64,000 bases of DNA from Patescibacteria group bacterium (GTDB taxonomy: Bacteria > Patescibacteriota > Minisyncoccia > UBA6257 > 2-01-FULL-56-20): assembly GCA_018971305.1 (NCBI GenBank), contig JAGXBC010000002.1, positions 144,046 to 208,045 on the forward strand, written 5' to 3'. The notes beneath the pieces were generated by a model. The model was given only the letters and a program-made list of their open reading frames with translations, had not been told where the DNA came from and ran no database searches. Shown here piece after piece: positions 28,663-38,261 of this stretch. The first letter of the stretch is position 1, and each line of letters opens with the position of its first letter. The position numbers and the translations under genes were made by a program.

Positions 28663-29568
28663 ATGCAGTTTTTAAATCACCAAAAAAAGTTTTTGCTTGT
28701 AACGGCCGTGGCAATCATTGCCGTTTTATATGGGGGGTACCGTTATTGGGAATTGAGGAAAGAAAAAATATCGCTTGAGGGCAATGTGTCCGAGTTGCGG
28801 CAACAAGTTGCCGGCTTAGGAGTTTCTTTGGCTTCTACCACTGCCGACCTGGAGGAAGTAAGAACAGAAAACGCCAACCTCGCCCAATCTCTGATCGCAG
28901 AGCAAAGCAAGAATCAAGCATTTGAAACACAGATTCATGATATCTCAACCACCGTCGGTTCTCTTCAGAAGCTAAGCACGATTGACCCGCAGCTTCTGCA
29001 AAAATATTCCAAGATTTATTTTTTGAGCGAGAATTACGCTCCCGCCCAGCTATCAAGTGTCGGCATTCAATATATTTATGACAAGACAAAACCGCAGCTT
29101 ACGCTCCCCGGTGTTCTTCCATATCTTACGGCCATGATAGACGCTTCCAATCGTGATGGCGCAAAACTTCTCGTACTCTCGGCTTACCGATCTTTTTATG
29201 AGCAGGCAGCGCTCAAAACAGGTTATAAGATGGTTTATGGAAGCGGTGCCAATCAATTCTCCGCCGATCAGGGATATTCGGAGCATCAGCTCGGTACGGC
29301 AGTGGACATTACTACTCAGCAGCTCGACGACTCCCTCATCACCAATAAATTTGCTTCTTCAACCGCCTATGCTTGGCTTAAGAATAACGCTTATAAGTAT
29401 GGATTTACTCTTTCGTACCCCCCTAATAACTCTTATTATCAGTTTGAGCCATGGCATTGGCGCTTCGTGGGAGTTGGTCTTGCAACCTATATTCAGGAGA
29501 ATAATATGTATTTCTACGAAATGGCTCAGCGCGACATAGACAAATACCTGATAAACTTCTTTGACTAA
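28663..29568 (+). CDS. Membrane-anchored D-Ala-D-Ala carboxypeptidase (M15B, VanY-like) with coiled coil
   Basis: SAYRS, GYSEHQLGTAVD, EPWHWRFVG. Confidence 0.93.
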   Translation: MQFLNHQKKFLLVTAVAIIAVLYGGYRYWELRKEKISLEGNVSELRQQVAGLGVSLASTTADLEEVRTENANLAQSLIAEQSKNQAFETQIHDISTTVGSLQKLSTIDPQLLQKYSKIYFLSENYAPAQLSSVGIQYIYDKTKPQLTLPGVLPYLTAMIDASNRDGAKLLVLSAYRSFYEQAALKTGYKMVYGSGANQFSADQGYSEHQLGTAVDITTQQLDDSLITNKFASSTAYAWLKNNAYKYGFTLSYPPNNSYYQFEPWHWRFVGVGLATYIQENNMYFYEMAQRDIDKYLINFFD

Positions 29569-29581
29569 TCTTTAATGATGA

Positions 29582-29607
29582 CCCAGCCCTTGCATGCAAG
29601 GGCTGGG
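29582..29607. terminator. Perfect 26-bp palindrome between convergent genes
   Basis: CCCAGCCCTTGCATGCAAGGGCTGGG. Confidence 0.7.
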
Positions 29608-29699
29608 ATTTATTTCATCATCACGTCATCCACGAAATATTTTAGAACGGAAAAACAGATAAGAACTATAACAAAAAATCCGGCGATGTAGTTCATGTT

Positions 29700-31991
29700 C
29701 TATGAAGTTGCTGGCAATGACGCTCCGGCAGTGTCTTCTATTTCGCAGACGCCACCGACGCAAGCCAGCTCCCGCTTATTATCTGTTTGGTCGTCTTTTT
29801 CGTAAAATATTATTTGCGCGAAATCAACCGGGGGGAACTTTTCCAGCATCTCCTCGTAGCGCTCTTTAGTTATTTCTTCATAGGGTGCGAGGAGGTAGGA
29901 GTGGTCATCGCGCGGCAGGAAAGACAGTCCGCCGAGGATACTCCAGTTTTTATATAGCCACTCGGCGACATCAATCCATTCATTGTCTCCGACGGAAACG
30001 GTTACGGAGGGATTGTGTTCGGTGTAATGCTCTTTTACTGTTTTCCAATAACTTAATTGTTCCATCGCCGTAAGGTCGTCTTTTTTAATGGAGCCGTCCG
30101 GAGCCTTTATCGGGAATTCTATTACGAAAGTGTTCGCCGAACCCATTGACTGCCCAACTTCCGGCGAGTAGGGAACTTTTTGATCTTTAAGCATCTGGAA
30201 AAGGGGATCGCTCGCGGCGATTCTCACTCTGCGGATGTAATATGGCGAATGGCGCGGATGAAGTCCGGAAGAGGCATCAACGGTCTGAGATAAATTCCCC
30301 GAAGGTTTAACGCAAGTGATTGCCGCTGATTGATTGATGCCGAACTTAGCCGCATAAATTTTATTGACCTCTATCGTTTTGTCGCGGAGTTTTTCCAGGA
30401 CGGCCGCGTTTCTTACCACCGGACAATCCCATTGGCCGGTTATGGAAACTCCGAGCAAGCGTTCCTCCTCGCAATTTTTCTTCCATTCTTTGGAAAGGTA
30501 GGGGAAATTAGTTAGGGTTGACTGATATGTTCCTAAAATTGTTGCCAAACGAACTTTGCGCAACAGGCTCTCCTCTGTGTCTTCGGGACGAGCTACGACC
30601 TCGGATAAGTTGCAGAATTCTTTGGACTTGAGGACTATTTCGCCGCAGGGGTTGATGCCGCAACTTGAAAGATCCGGTTCGAATATTTTGCGCCGTCGTT
30701 CGGGTATTTGGCTCAGGATGTTACCCCTATTGAACATGCCCCTCTCGCCCGTGCCGCTTTTAGCCAATGAAAGCCACTCTTCCAGGAACTGCACCGCTGT
30801 CGGTTTTTCATTGTAAGCTGCGGAATTATTAGCCATGGAACGCTGCGGCTCTTTTATATAAAACTGGCCGGTTTTCGCGTTGCGCATTTCCTGGTCGTCT
30901 AAGTCCGACAGGGAAATCATCGCGCTGCGGCGGACGCCGCCGGAGACGACAACTTCTCCTATTTTGCAGATTACGTCGTGGACATCAATATTAGAAAGGC
31001 GTTTTCCTTGATTGCTTAATATTTTTCTCCTTGAGAAATCCAGCAAGGCCCGCAGCGGTGCCGGTCCGGAACTTCTTCCGCCCATTGTTTTGAGGCGCGC
31101 TCCGGCTGGACGCAAATTGGAATAATCAAATTCAATATCTTTGCCGCTGAACCAGGTTCGCAGCCCGAGAGTGAGCGCGTCCGCCCAGCCTTCCTTGCTG
31201 TCGTCGATGACGTGAGTGTCCAATTTTTTTCCGGTCTGTTTTTTTATTTGCGGAAGCTGCTGGACGGTTTCGCTCTCCACCGAGAAGCCAAGGCCGGTAC
31301 CGCACATGGAGATGTACATGATCTCCGCGAAGTCCTCTATTTTTGTCGGTGCGATAAAAGAACAATTGAAAGCCGCAACGTTCGTTTTTCTTGCGGCAGT
31401 TCCGGCAAATTGAAGAAGGCGCATGGACGGCATCGCTTCCTGTTTCAAAATTCCCTGGCGCACTTCGGAATATTCTTCGTCCGAGAGTTTGTTGCCGAGA
31501 TTTTCTTTCATAAAATTCACATAGCGGTCAACTGTTTCCACCCATGTCTCGCGGCGGCCTTCGGCGTCTATCCAGCGGGAGTATGTTCGGTAGTAAACGA
31601 ACTCAGAGAGGGGATTGCGGAAATGTTTTTTACTTTCAGCGGCAAGCGCGAAGATGTTCTCGGGAATTTCACGTTTCCTGTCTCGCACTTCTGAGCGATT
31701 TTTTCTGTAGAGGATATAGGCCTTCGCGGTTTTCGGAAAATCCATGACGACCAGTTGCTCTTCAACAACGTCCTGTATCTCTTCAATTGTCGGGATATGC
31801 TCTTTAAGATATTTTTTCCCCAAAGAGTTCACGACTTGTTCGGAAATTCTTTCGGCATCGTCTTTGGAGTTTCCTTCACCGGCCGCGGACATCGCGCGGG
31901 ATATTGCGCTTGTGATTCTCGACTGATCAAAAGGCGCGATTCTCCCATCGCGCTTTTTTACTTCCGTGAACTGAACTTTTTTGAAGAGCAT
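29700..31991 (-). CDS. nrdJ: Class II (adenosylcobalamin-dependent) ribonucleotide reductase with N-terminal ATP cone
   Basis: VKKRDG ATP cone, RTYSR...ETW-x-ETV-x-R, FNC, GGVRRSA, NPCGE, TCVKPSG, EHNPSVTV, C-terminal CVGGVCE. Confidence 0.93.
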   Translation of the reverse strand: MLFKKVQFTEVKKRDGRIAPFDQSRITSAISRAMSAAGEGNSKDDAERISEQVVNSLGKKYLKEHIPTIEEIQDVVEEQLVVMDFPKTAKAYILYRKNRSEVRDRKREIPENIFALAAESKKHFRNPLSEFVYYRTYSRWIDAEGRRETWVETVDRYVNFMKENLGNKLSDEEYSEVRQGILKQEAMPSMRLLQFAGTAARKTNVAAFNCSFIAPTKIEDFAEIMYISMCGTGLGFSVESETVQQLPQIKKQTGKKLDTHVIDDSKEGWADALTLGLRTWFSGKDIEFDYSNLRPAGARLKTMGGRSSGPAPLRALLDFSRRKILSNQGKRLSNIDVHDVICKIGEVVVSGGVRRSAMISLSDLDDQEMRNAKTGQFYIKEPQRSMANNSAAYNEKPTAVQFLEEWLSLAKSGTGERGMFNRGNILSQIPERRRKIFEPDLSSCGINPCGEIVLKSKEFCNLSEVVARPEDTEESLLRKVRLATILGTYQSTLTNFPYLSKEWKKNCEEERLLGVSITGQWDCPVVRNAAVLEKLRDKTIEVNKIYAAKFGINQSAAITCVKPSGNLSQTVDASSGLHPRHSPYYIRRVRIAASDPLFQMLKDQKVPYSPEVGQSMGSANTFVIEFPIKAPDGSIKKDDLTAMEQLSYWKTVKEHYTEHNPSVTVSVGDNEWIDVAEWLYKNWSILGGLSFLPRDDHSYLLAPYEEITKERYEEMLEKFPPVDFAQIIFYEKDDQTDNKRELACVGGVCEIEDTAGASLPATS

Positions 31992-32110
31992 AATTTATAA
32001 AAATTATTTTTTATTACCTACGAGATAATTTTAACATTTCTAGAATCAGGCACTGTGCATAAAAGTTTGCAATTTACCAGAGAATATGCTATTGTAAGTG
32101 TACGGACGTT

Positions 32111-32118
32111 AAAGGTCG
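32111..32118 (+). promoter_or_regulatory. AAAGGTCG 5'-leader motif (copy 2)
   Basis: 26 nt upstream of ATG 32145. Confidence 0.6.
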
Positions 32119-32144
32119 TCGTGAAACCAATAGATAATAAATTT

Positions 32145-32369
32145 ATGGCAGGATTAGCGGAGAAAGGAGGACTTCCTAATATAGAAGTCAATACAGATAC
32201 CGGTGAAACACCTCAGGAATTACAGGCAAGAGCGGGAAGACAGCAGGCAAGAGCTGCGAGAAGAGATATGTTGAAGAAAGAAGTGCCCAAAGAAGAGAGC
32301 GTTGACCTGACTGAAGACCTTAAAAAGGAAGTTTTAGATGCTTATAAAGAGAATGGTAGTGGAAAATAG
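32145..32369 (+). CDS. Small charged hypothetical protein
   Basis: ORF followed by terminator AAAAACCGCG-GGAA-CGCGGTTTTT. Confidence 0.65.
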   Translation: MAGLAEKGGLPNIEVNTDTGETPQELQARAGRQQARAARRDMLKKEVPKEESVDLTEDLKKEVLDAYKENGSGK

Positions 32370-32550
32370 CCACAAAAACCGCGGGAACGCGGTTTTTTAG
32401 TTGATGAATCAAATATTTTATGGTTTTCAGTGGTTGGATTCCTATATTAAGGCCAAAACAGTTCACGATATATATAGTGGAGTTGAATTTACCGTCCCTG
32501 GCGTGTTATAAGTTTTATAGCTATTTTACTGCTGGCGGACAGGAGGATTA

Positions 32551-33153
32551 ATGCTGACGCACGAAATTTGGGGAATAGTTGATAAAGAATGCGCCGCCGG
32601 TTTTAATCCTGATTTGCAGGCGCGAATACGGGAAAAATTATGTGTGGCTGTCGGAGAAGAAATAGTGAAGACCGGATTGTCTGAAGATCTTTGGCTGAAG
32701 TTTCTTGATGCAGCCGAAGCCGAGCGCGATTTGGCATATTTCGTTGTTCTGTCCAGTTTGGGAGATAACTGCAAGTTGATTAAAGTTGGCGAGGAAAAAA
32801 TAATGTCTTTCGGTTATCTTTGCGGGAGGACTAGGTCGTTTTGTGAGTTTCTTATGGATAACTACGAAATAGCTCCGGAAGATATAAAGAAGGAATGGGA
32901 TTTAGATGGACTAATGTCCCTTGCGGCCGAGACCGGAGTTGAGTCGGAAAAATTTTTTCGGCGGCCGAAAGGCAGGAAGGGCTTTTTATTTGAAAAGGTT
33001 TTCCTCGGAAAGATAAATAAGCTTATCAGTTCTCTGCGGCTTGTGATTTTAGGTGAAGACCTGAATTCTAAGTTTAACAAAGAGATGAATAGCGTGGAGA
33101 TGGCAGCGAGCCAATATTTTGAAAAAGTCGGAGCTCGCGACTATCAGATTTAA
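32551..33153 (+). CDS. Hypothetical protein
   Basis: AGGAGG SD; GGGGCCGA/TCGGCCCC terminator directly after stop. Confidence 0.7.
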   Translation: MLTHEIWGIVDKECAAGFNPDLQARIREKLCVAVGEEIVKTGLSEDLWLKFLDAAEAERDLAYFVVLSSLGDNCKLIKVGEEKIMSFGYLCGRTRSFCEFLMDNYEIAPEDIKKEWDLDGLMSLAAETGVESEKFFRRPKGRKGFLFEKVFLGKINKLISSLRLVILGEDLNSKFNKEMNSVEMAASQYFEKVGARDYQI

Positions 33154-33243
33154 CTGGGGCCGATCCTGTCGGCCCCCTTTTATTTCCACTAATATATTAT
33201 GGGGAAAATTCTTGCAAAAATGCCGCGTTTAAGGCGCGGCTTT

Positions 33244-33543
33244 TCAATTAGTTTTGGCTGAAGAAACTTTTTTAAACCAGAACCCGGATAAGCTTTCCGG
33301 AGATTCTGACTGGCATAATGATTTTTCTGATTTCGGGAGGAAGGTAATATATTGGGAATGTGCGCAGCGCTGCATCTGTTCAATAGAGAGCTCTGTTGCT
33401 CTTAAAACCACGAAAGGACCAGGCCCGTACATATTTTTAAAGCAGCCGATGTCTTCCGGAGCCCCCTTGGTATTTTCAAGTTCATCGTCGTCCCTCCAGG
33501 TAATAATGTCGCCCGGAGAAAAGAATTCTTCCTCTCGCAACAT
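33244..33543 (-). CDS. Small hypothetical protein (SH3-like beta fold possible)
   Basis: GGAGG SD; TGGACA-17-TATAAA promoter; FSPGDIITW...GPGPFVV...LSGFWF. Confidence 0.65.
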   Translation of the reverse strand: MLREEEFFSPGDIITWRDDDELENTKGAPEDIGCFKNMYGPGPFVVLRATELSIEQMQRCAHSQYITFLPKSEKSLCQSESPESLSGFWFKKVSSAKTN

Positions 33544-33697
33544 TGTTGCCTCCAGATTGCATTATAAGCCCAACTCCTTATTTTATAGACCTACATTGAT
33601 TTTTTGTCCAATACTTTTTATTTGAAGGTTTGGGAATAAAAATGGGACGCACAAAATTTCTGTGCGCCCCGTGGTGTTTGTGAGTTGGCTGGTAGAA

Positions 33698-33931
33698 TCA
33701 CCAGCTTCTCACGAATTGCAGGATGGCCTCCGCTTCGGCGCGGATGGCCGTTGCCATCAAAGAACGCATCTCCGGAGAGGAGATGCCGTAGGCCCTTGCC
33801 ATGATTTCAATTTTCGCTGGCGAAGGTGGCTTGAATTTCACCATCCTTTTTGCTTCCTTCTTGAGCCTCTTGCCCGCCGCTTTTCTTTCCCTTAGAGCCT
33901 CGGCTGCGCTACCACTAGCAAATTGAGTCAT
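33698..33931 (-). CDS. Small basic hypothetical protein
   Basis: AAGGAG SD 5 nt before ATG; TTGACA-17-TATAAT at 34018-33990. Confidence 0.6.
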   Translation of the reverse strand: MTQFASGSAAEALRERKAAGKRLKKEAKRMVKFKPPSPAKIEIMARAYGISSPEMRSLMATAIRAEAEAILQFVRSW

Positions 33932-34110
33932 GTTTTCTCCTTGTTCCCGCAGCAATGAATTTGGCGCTTTGCCACGGATACTATGAAACATTATATTCCT
34001 TTTATTTAAAAATGTCAAGGGAAAGAGTATTTATACGATCTTTATCTCCAGGGGAAATTATCGTGCAGTTCTTATAAAAATCCGCGCATTTCGGCGCGGG
34101 TAAATATTTT

Positions 34111-34638
34111 TTACATTGGCTTTTTATCTGGTCCTGGCTCAAAGTTTTTTAACAGTGTCGTCAGCTCGTTATTATCTTCTTCCGATTTCTGGCTTGCTAT
34201 AAGTTGAACCAACCGCTCGGTGCTTAAAGTTATATGTGTTTCCCGGAAAACATCTCCTGCCACCAGGATCGGACAATCGAGAACCATTGCAAGAGCAATG
34301 GCAAAACTCTGGTTTGACTTGATTATGGTAGTTTTCCCGGGCGATTCTTGCAGGATATGAATCTGCGTATATAATCTACGTTTCTTATCAACCTTTTTAA
34401 TATAAATTTTTTGTACGCTTGCCGACACTGCTTTCAGAATATCTCTGGTTACATCGTGAGACATCGGTTCCTCGGATTTCTGTCCGCCGAGGAGAGTGGC
34501 GATAGTATAGGCATCGTCAGCATCGGAAAATATGAACATGACATTATTACTCGCCACATCTTTAACAACGATAAGTGGCTGAAAATCTTCAGGATTCGGT
34601 ATTAAGGCGATAACTTTAACTGTAACGTCATTTTCCAT
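34111..34638 (-). CDS. Bifunctional nuclease (DUF151/BFN) family, degenerate
   Basis: PLIVVKD, A-x-x-IA, PMSHD, AIALA-x-x-x-x-CPI motifs; SD GGGGGTG. Confidence 0.8.
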   Translation of the reverse strand: MENDVTVKVIALIPNPEDFQPLIVVKDVASNNVMFIFSDADDAYTIATLLGGQKSEEPMSHDVTRDILKAVSASVQKIYIKKVDKKRRLYTQIHILQESPGKTTIIKSNQSFAIALAMVLDCPILVAGDVFRETHITLSTERLVQLIASQKSEEDNNELTTLLKNFEPGPDKKPM

Positions 34639-34721
34639 AGCCACCCCCGCTTTCAACGTTTCTAATGATTAGAATAAACAGGAGGTCCCGTTTATGCAAA
34701 TTGTTGTGTTAAAATAAAAAG

Positions 34722-35282
34722 ATGCAGCCTAACGGTAAAAAACTTTTAGTGGTGGATGACGATGAGTTTTTGTTGAACATTTATGCGGCGAAATTGCAGG
34801 AGGACGGCTACGTAGTAAGAACAGCTAATAATGGGGAAGAGGCCTGGGATATAGTTCAAAACGGCTACATTCCCGACGCCGTTTTCACTGGCATCATTAT
34901 GCCGCGGATGACCGGCTTTGACCTTATCGCCAAAATGCAGGCAGACACGAAACTGGCTGGTATTCCTGTCGCCATTTCTTCGCATCGCGGCAGAGACGAA
35001 GACAAAAAGAAGGCGAAGGAAATGAAAGTAGACGATTTTATTATTCAGGGAACGGTTCCCTTGGTGGAGGTTGTGCGCCGGATAAATTCCCTCGTTGGCA
35101 TCCAGCAGAGAAATTATAAAATCCAGCTTGTCCGCGGGAAGCTTGACTCCGAGGCGCTCATAGATTTTATGAATAAGCAGCAGCAAACATTTTTTGCTTT
35201 TGAGACAAATAAAAATGCCTATCTGGAATTTGAGCCCGATGCAGAGGCTGGTAAGTTTAAAATTAAACTTACCTCCGACTGA
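34722..35282 (+). CDS. Atypical (pseudo-)receiver domain protein with C-terminal extension
   Basis: LLVVDDD, ANNGEEA, FTGIIMP (Gly at phospho-Asp position). Confidence 0.85.
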   Translation: MQPNGKKLLVVDDDEFLLNIYAAKLQEDGYVVRTANNGEEAWDIVQNGYIPDAVFTGIIMPRMTGFDLIAKMQADTKLAGIPVAISSHRGRDEDKKKAKEMKVDDFIIQGTVPLVEVVRRINSLVGIQQRNYKIQLVRGKLDSEALIDFMNKQQQTFFAFETNKNAYLEFEPDAEAGKFKIKLTSD

Positions 35283-35290
35283 TTCGACTA

Positions 35291-35779
35291 ATGGAGATTG
35301 CTGTCTTATTGCACAATATAAGAAGCCTGCATAATGTCGGTTCTATTTTCCGCACGGCAGATGCCGCCGGAGCCAAAAAAATCTATCTCTGCGGCATTAC
35401 GCCGGCTCCAGTAGATCGTTTTGAAAAAATTATTCCTCAATTTGCTAAAGTTTCTTTGGGCGCGGAAAAATACCTTGGATGGAAAAAATTCCCCTCAACG
35501 CTTCCGCTTATCAAAAAATTAAAAGATCGTGGTTACAAGATTTTTGCCATTGAGCAAAGTAAAAAATCCACCCCGTATTTTCGCGAGGCGCGTAGAGCCA
35601 AGGGCACCGCAAAGATAGTATTGGTTTTAGGGAATGAAGTTCGTGGTCTGCCGCCGGCTGTTTTAAAATCTGCCGATAAAATTTTGGAAATTCCGATGTT
35701 GGGTGGAAAAGAATCCCTGAATGTAGCGGTTGCTTTCGGAATAGTTGCATTCGGATTTCTCAGCAGGATATCTAAATAG
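35291..35779 (+). CDS. SpoU/TrmH family RNA 2'-O-methyltransferase
   Basis: HNIRSLHNVGSIFRTADA, LGNEVRG, IPMLG-x-KESLNVAVA. Confidence 0.95.
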   Translation: MEIAVLLHNIRSLHNVGSIFRTADAAGAKKIYLCGITPAPVDRFEKIIPQFAKVSLGAEKYLGWKKFPSTLPLIKKLKDRGYKIFAIEQSKKSTPYFREARRAKGTAKIVLVLGNEVRGLPPAVLKSADKILEIPMLGGKESLNVAVAFGIVAFGFLSRISK

Positions 35780-35820
35780 GTGCAAATTAAAAGGCTCCCG
35801 ATATCAGGAGCCCCTAAACA

Positions 35821-36489
35821 TTAAGCAGTGACTGTTGCCGTTCTTGGCGGACACGCCTCAGTCTTTAACATTCCTCTTAATTTCCGCCGGGCTTTATGCA
35901 GCTGAGATTTGGAATTGCCAATTGTGCTTCCGCGCATTCCGGCGATTTCATTGTGTTCGTATCCTTCAACGTCGTGGAGGACTAATGCGTCCTTGTAACC
36001 GTCTGGTAATTTCTCTATCGCTTCTTTGAGACATAGTCTCAATTCAATGGTGTTACGGCGTCCTATGTCGCCTGGGTGGTGATTGATCTTCGCTTCATGA
36101 TCGAATTTTGGTTCTATAATTATCCCTCCTCGAGTATTTGTACTCCGATTTGGAAGCAGTTGTACTTGTAGGTCTACAAGAGGTATCGTCACTATTCTCT
36201 TTTTGCGGAGCTCCATCAGCGCTTGGTTGACCGCGACTCTGTATAGCCAGGTACTGAATTTTGATTCTCCACGGAATTGACCGATTTTTTTGAACACCTG
36301 CATAAATGCTTCCTGTAGAAAATCTTCTGCATCGGTATGGTTGCCAGCAATGCGCATGAACAATCTGAATATTCTTTGGTGATATTTTTTATAAATTTCG
36401 GTAAATGCGGATTCATCGCCCATCTGCGCTTTCGTGATGGTATTCATTTCTTGTGCGTCACTTTCTGATTGGCAATATTTTTCGCTCAT
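35821..36489 (-). CDS. ECF (group 4) sigma-70 factor
   Basis: DAEDFLQEAF, FRGESKFSTWLYRVAVN, LHDVEGYEHNEIA, SKSQLHKAR. Confidence 0.95.
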   Translation of the reverse strand: MSEKYCQSESDAQEMNTITKAQMGDESAFTEIYKKYHQRIFRLFMRIAGNHTDAEDFLQEAFMQVFKKIGQFRGESKFSTWLYRVAVNQALMELRKKRIVTIPLVDLQVQLLPNRSTNTRGGIIIEPKFDHEAKINHHPGDIGRRNTIELRLCLKEAIEKLPDGYKDALVLHDVEGYEHNEIAGMRGSTIGNSKSQLHKARRKLRGMLKTEACPPRTATVTA

Positions 36490-36525
36490 TTTCAACTCCT
36501 AACTCCTGGTTAAATTCTGTTTTCT

Positions 36526-36554
36526 ATTATACTTTATGTATGATTTTTTGTCAA
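36526..36554 (-). promoter_or_regulatory. Consensus sigma70 promoter of the ECF sigma gene
   Basis: TTGACA-17 nt-TATAAT. Confidence 0.85.
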
Positions 36555-36571
36555 AAGATTTATAATTTACG

Positions 36572-37762
36572 ATGATGGAAGATAAAAAAATTCTCGGCGT
36601 TAATCGTAATATTTTTTTTCTCGGACTAGTAAGCCTCTTCAATGATTTTTCTGCCGAGATGGTGCAGTCCGTGATGCCTATTTTTTTGACCGTGGTTTTG
36701 GGGGCGCCGGCGGAGTTCGTGGGATTCTTGGAGGGCTTTGCCGATGCCATAGCGAGCATCCTAAAGCTTTTCTCCGGCTGGTTCTCGGATAAAATCGGCA
36801 AACGCAAATTGCCGGCAGTTATGGGTTACGCTCTCTCTGTCGGAGTACGTCCGCTTCTTTCGTTGGTCGGCAATTTTTGGCAGGTTTTTGAATTGCGCGT
36901 TGTGGATAGGATAGGCAAGGGATTCAGGGACGCTCCGCGCGATGCCCTCATCGCGGAATCTGTTCCGAAAAACGAACTCGGAAAATCTTTCGGCTTTCAT
37001 AGATCATTAGACACGTTGGGCGCCACCCTCGGTCCGCTGGTCGCCCTGATTATATTGCCGCTCATAAATAACAATTATCGCCACCTTTTTTTGATAGCTT
37101 TTTTTATCGGCCTCGGCGCGATTTTCAGTTTTGTTTTCGTGAAGGAAAAAAGGCCGGTTATATTGCTATCAAATCCGGTCGCTAAGCCGAAATTAAATTT
37201 CGCCCTGCTTAAGAGCAACAAAAGGTTCGCCTTAGTGGTTTTATCAATTTTCATTTTTGGATTAGGCACGTTGCCGATATTGCTCGCTATTTTGAGGGCC
37301 AAAGAAGTTGGTTTGGGGGTTAGCGGCGTGCCCCTGGCATATTTTATTTATAATTTAACGTTTGTTTTAGTCGCAATTCCTTTGGGGCGGCTTGCGGACA
37401 AAATAGGGGAGAGGACGGTTATTGCCTCGGGATTTTTTTTGGCGGCTACCGCTTATTTCGGTTTAGCTGGAGCCGCAAGCGTTCTTGTTGTCGTGGCATC
37501 TTTCGTTGTCCTCGGAATATATTCGGCGGCGACAGACGGCTTAATGCGCGCGCTTGCTGCCAAACACTTGACGGACAATATTTTGGCTACGGGCCAGGGA
37601 TTCCTCAATATGGCTGTGGGATTTTCTTCCTTGGTAGCGGGCATTATCGGAGGAGTTTTATGGACAAACATAGGTTCAAGCGCCGCCTTTTTATATGCCG
37701 GAACATTTTCTATAATAGGATTAATACTCTTCCTGATAATGACGAGGAATAAATATGTCTAA
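36572..37762 (+). CDS. MFS transporter
   Basis: GWFSDKIGKRK motif A, DRIGKGFRDAPRDAL, GRLADKIGER; about 12 TM. Confidence 0.95.
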   Translation: MMEDKKILGVNRNIFFLGLVSLFNDFSAEMVQSVMPIFLTVVLGAPAEFVGFLEGFADAIASILKLFSGWFSDKIGKRKLPAVMGYALSVGVRPLLSLVGNFWQVFELRVVDRIGKGFRDAPRDALIAESVPKNELGKSFGFHRSLDTLGATLGPLVALIILPLINNNYRHLFLIAFFIGLGAIFSFVFVKEKRPVILLSNPVAKPKLNFALLKSNKRFALVVLSIFIFGLGTLPILLAILRAKEVGLGVSGVPLAYFIYNLTFVLVAIPLGRLADKIGERTVIASGFFLAATAYFGLAGAASVLVVVASFVVLGIYSAATDGLMRALAAKHLTDNILATGQGFLNMAVGFSSLVAGIIGGVLWTNIGSSAAFLYAGTFSIIGLILFLIMTRNKYV

Positions 37763-38234
37763 AAACTTGATAATCATATTATTATTGATACTTATTTTCA
37801 TAGCTGCTGCCGCATTGGCATTTTTTCATTTTTTTCTTAGCGGTCCCAGCAAACACAGCGGTGTGGAAGCGAATGTGGAAATAGGCGGTACGACGTTCAA
37901 GTCGGAAGTCGCGAGCACCATACTTCAAAGAACCATTGGTCTTTCCGGGCGCGATTCTCTTCCCGAGGGAGAGGGCATGCTTTTCATTTTCAACGGTTAC
38001 GGAAATTACGGATTTTGGATGAAGGATATGAAGTTCCCTATAGATATGGTGTGGATTTCCGGAGACAAAGTTGTTGGTTTTGTCGAAAACGCAATGCCGG
38101 AACCGGACAAAACAGTTTTTGGCTTGAAGGTTTATTATCCGCCCGAGGCAGTGGATAAAGTATTGGAAATAAATGCCGGCGACGTTGGTCGCTATGGTAT
38201 ATCGGTCGGACAGTCGGTATTGATCAGCGATTGA
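37755..38234 (+). CDS. DUF192 family protein
   Basis: R-x-x-GLSGR, GMLFIF, FWMKDMKFPIDMVWI, VLEINAG. Confidence 0.92.
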   Translation: MSKNLIIILLLILIFIAAAALAFFHFFLSGPSKHSGVEANVEIGGTTFKSEVASTILQRTIGLSGRDSLPEGEGMLFIFNGYGNYGFWMKDMKFPIDMVWISGDKVVGFVENAMPEPDKTVFGLKVYYPPEAVDKVLEINAGDVGRYGISVGQSVLISD

Positions 38235-38261
38235 ATTGTTGTGCTACAATAAAAATAAGAC

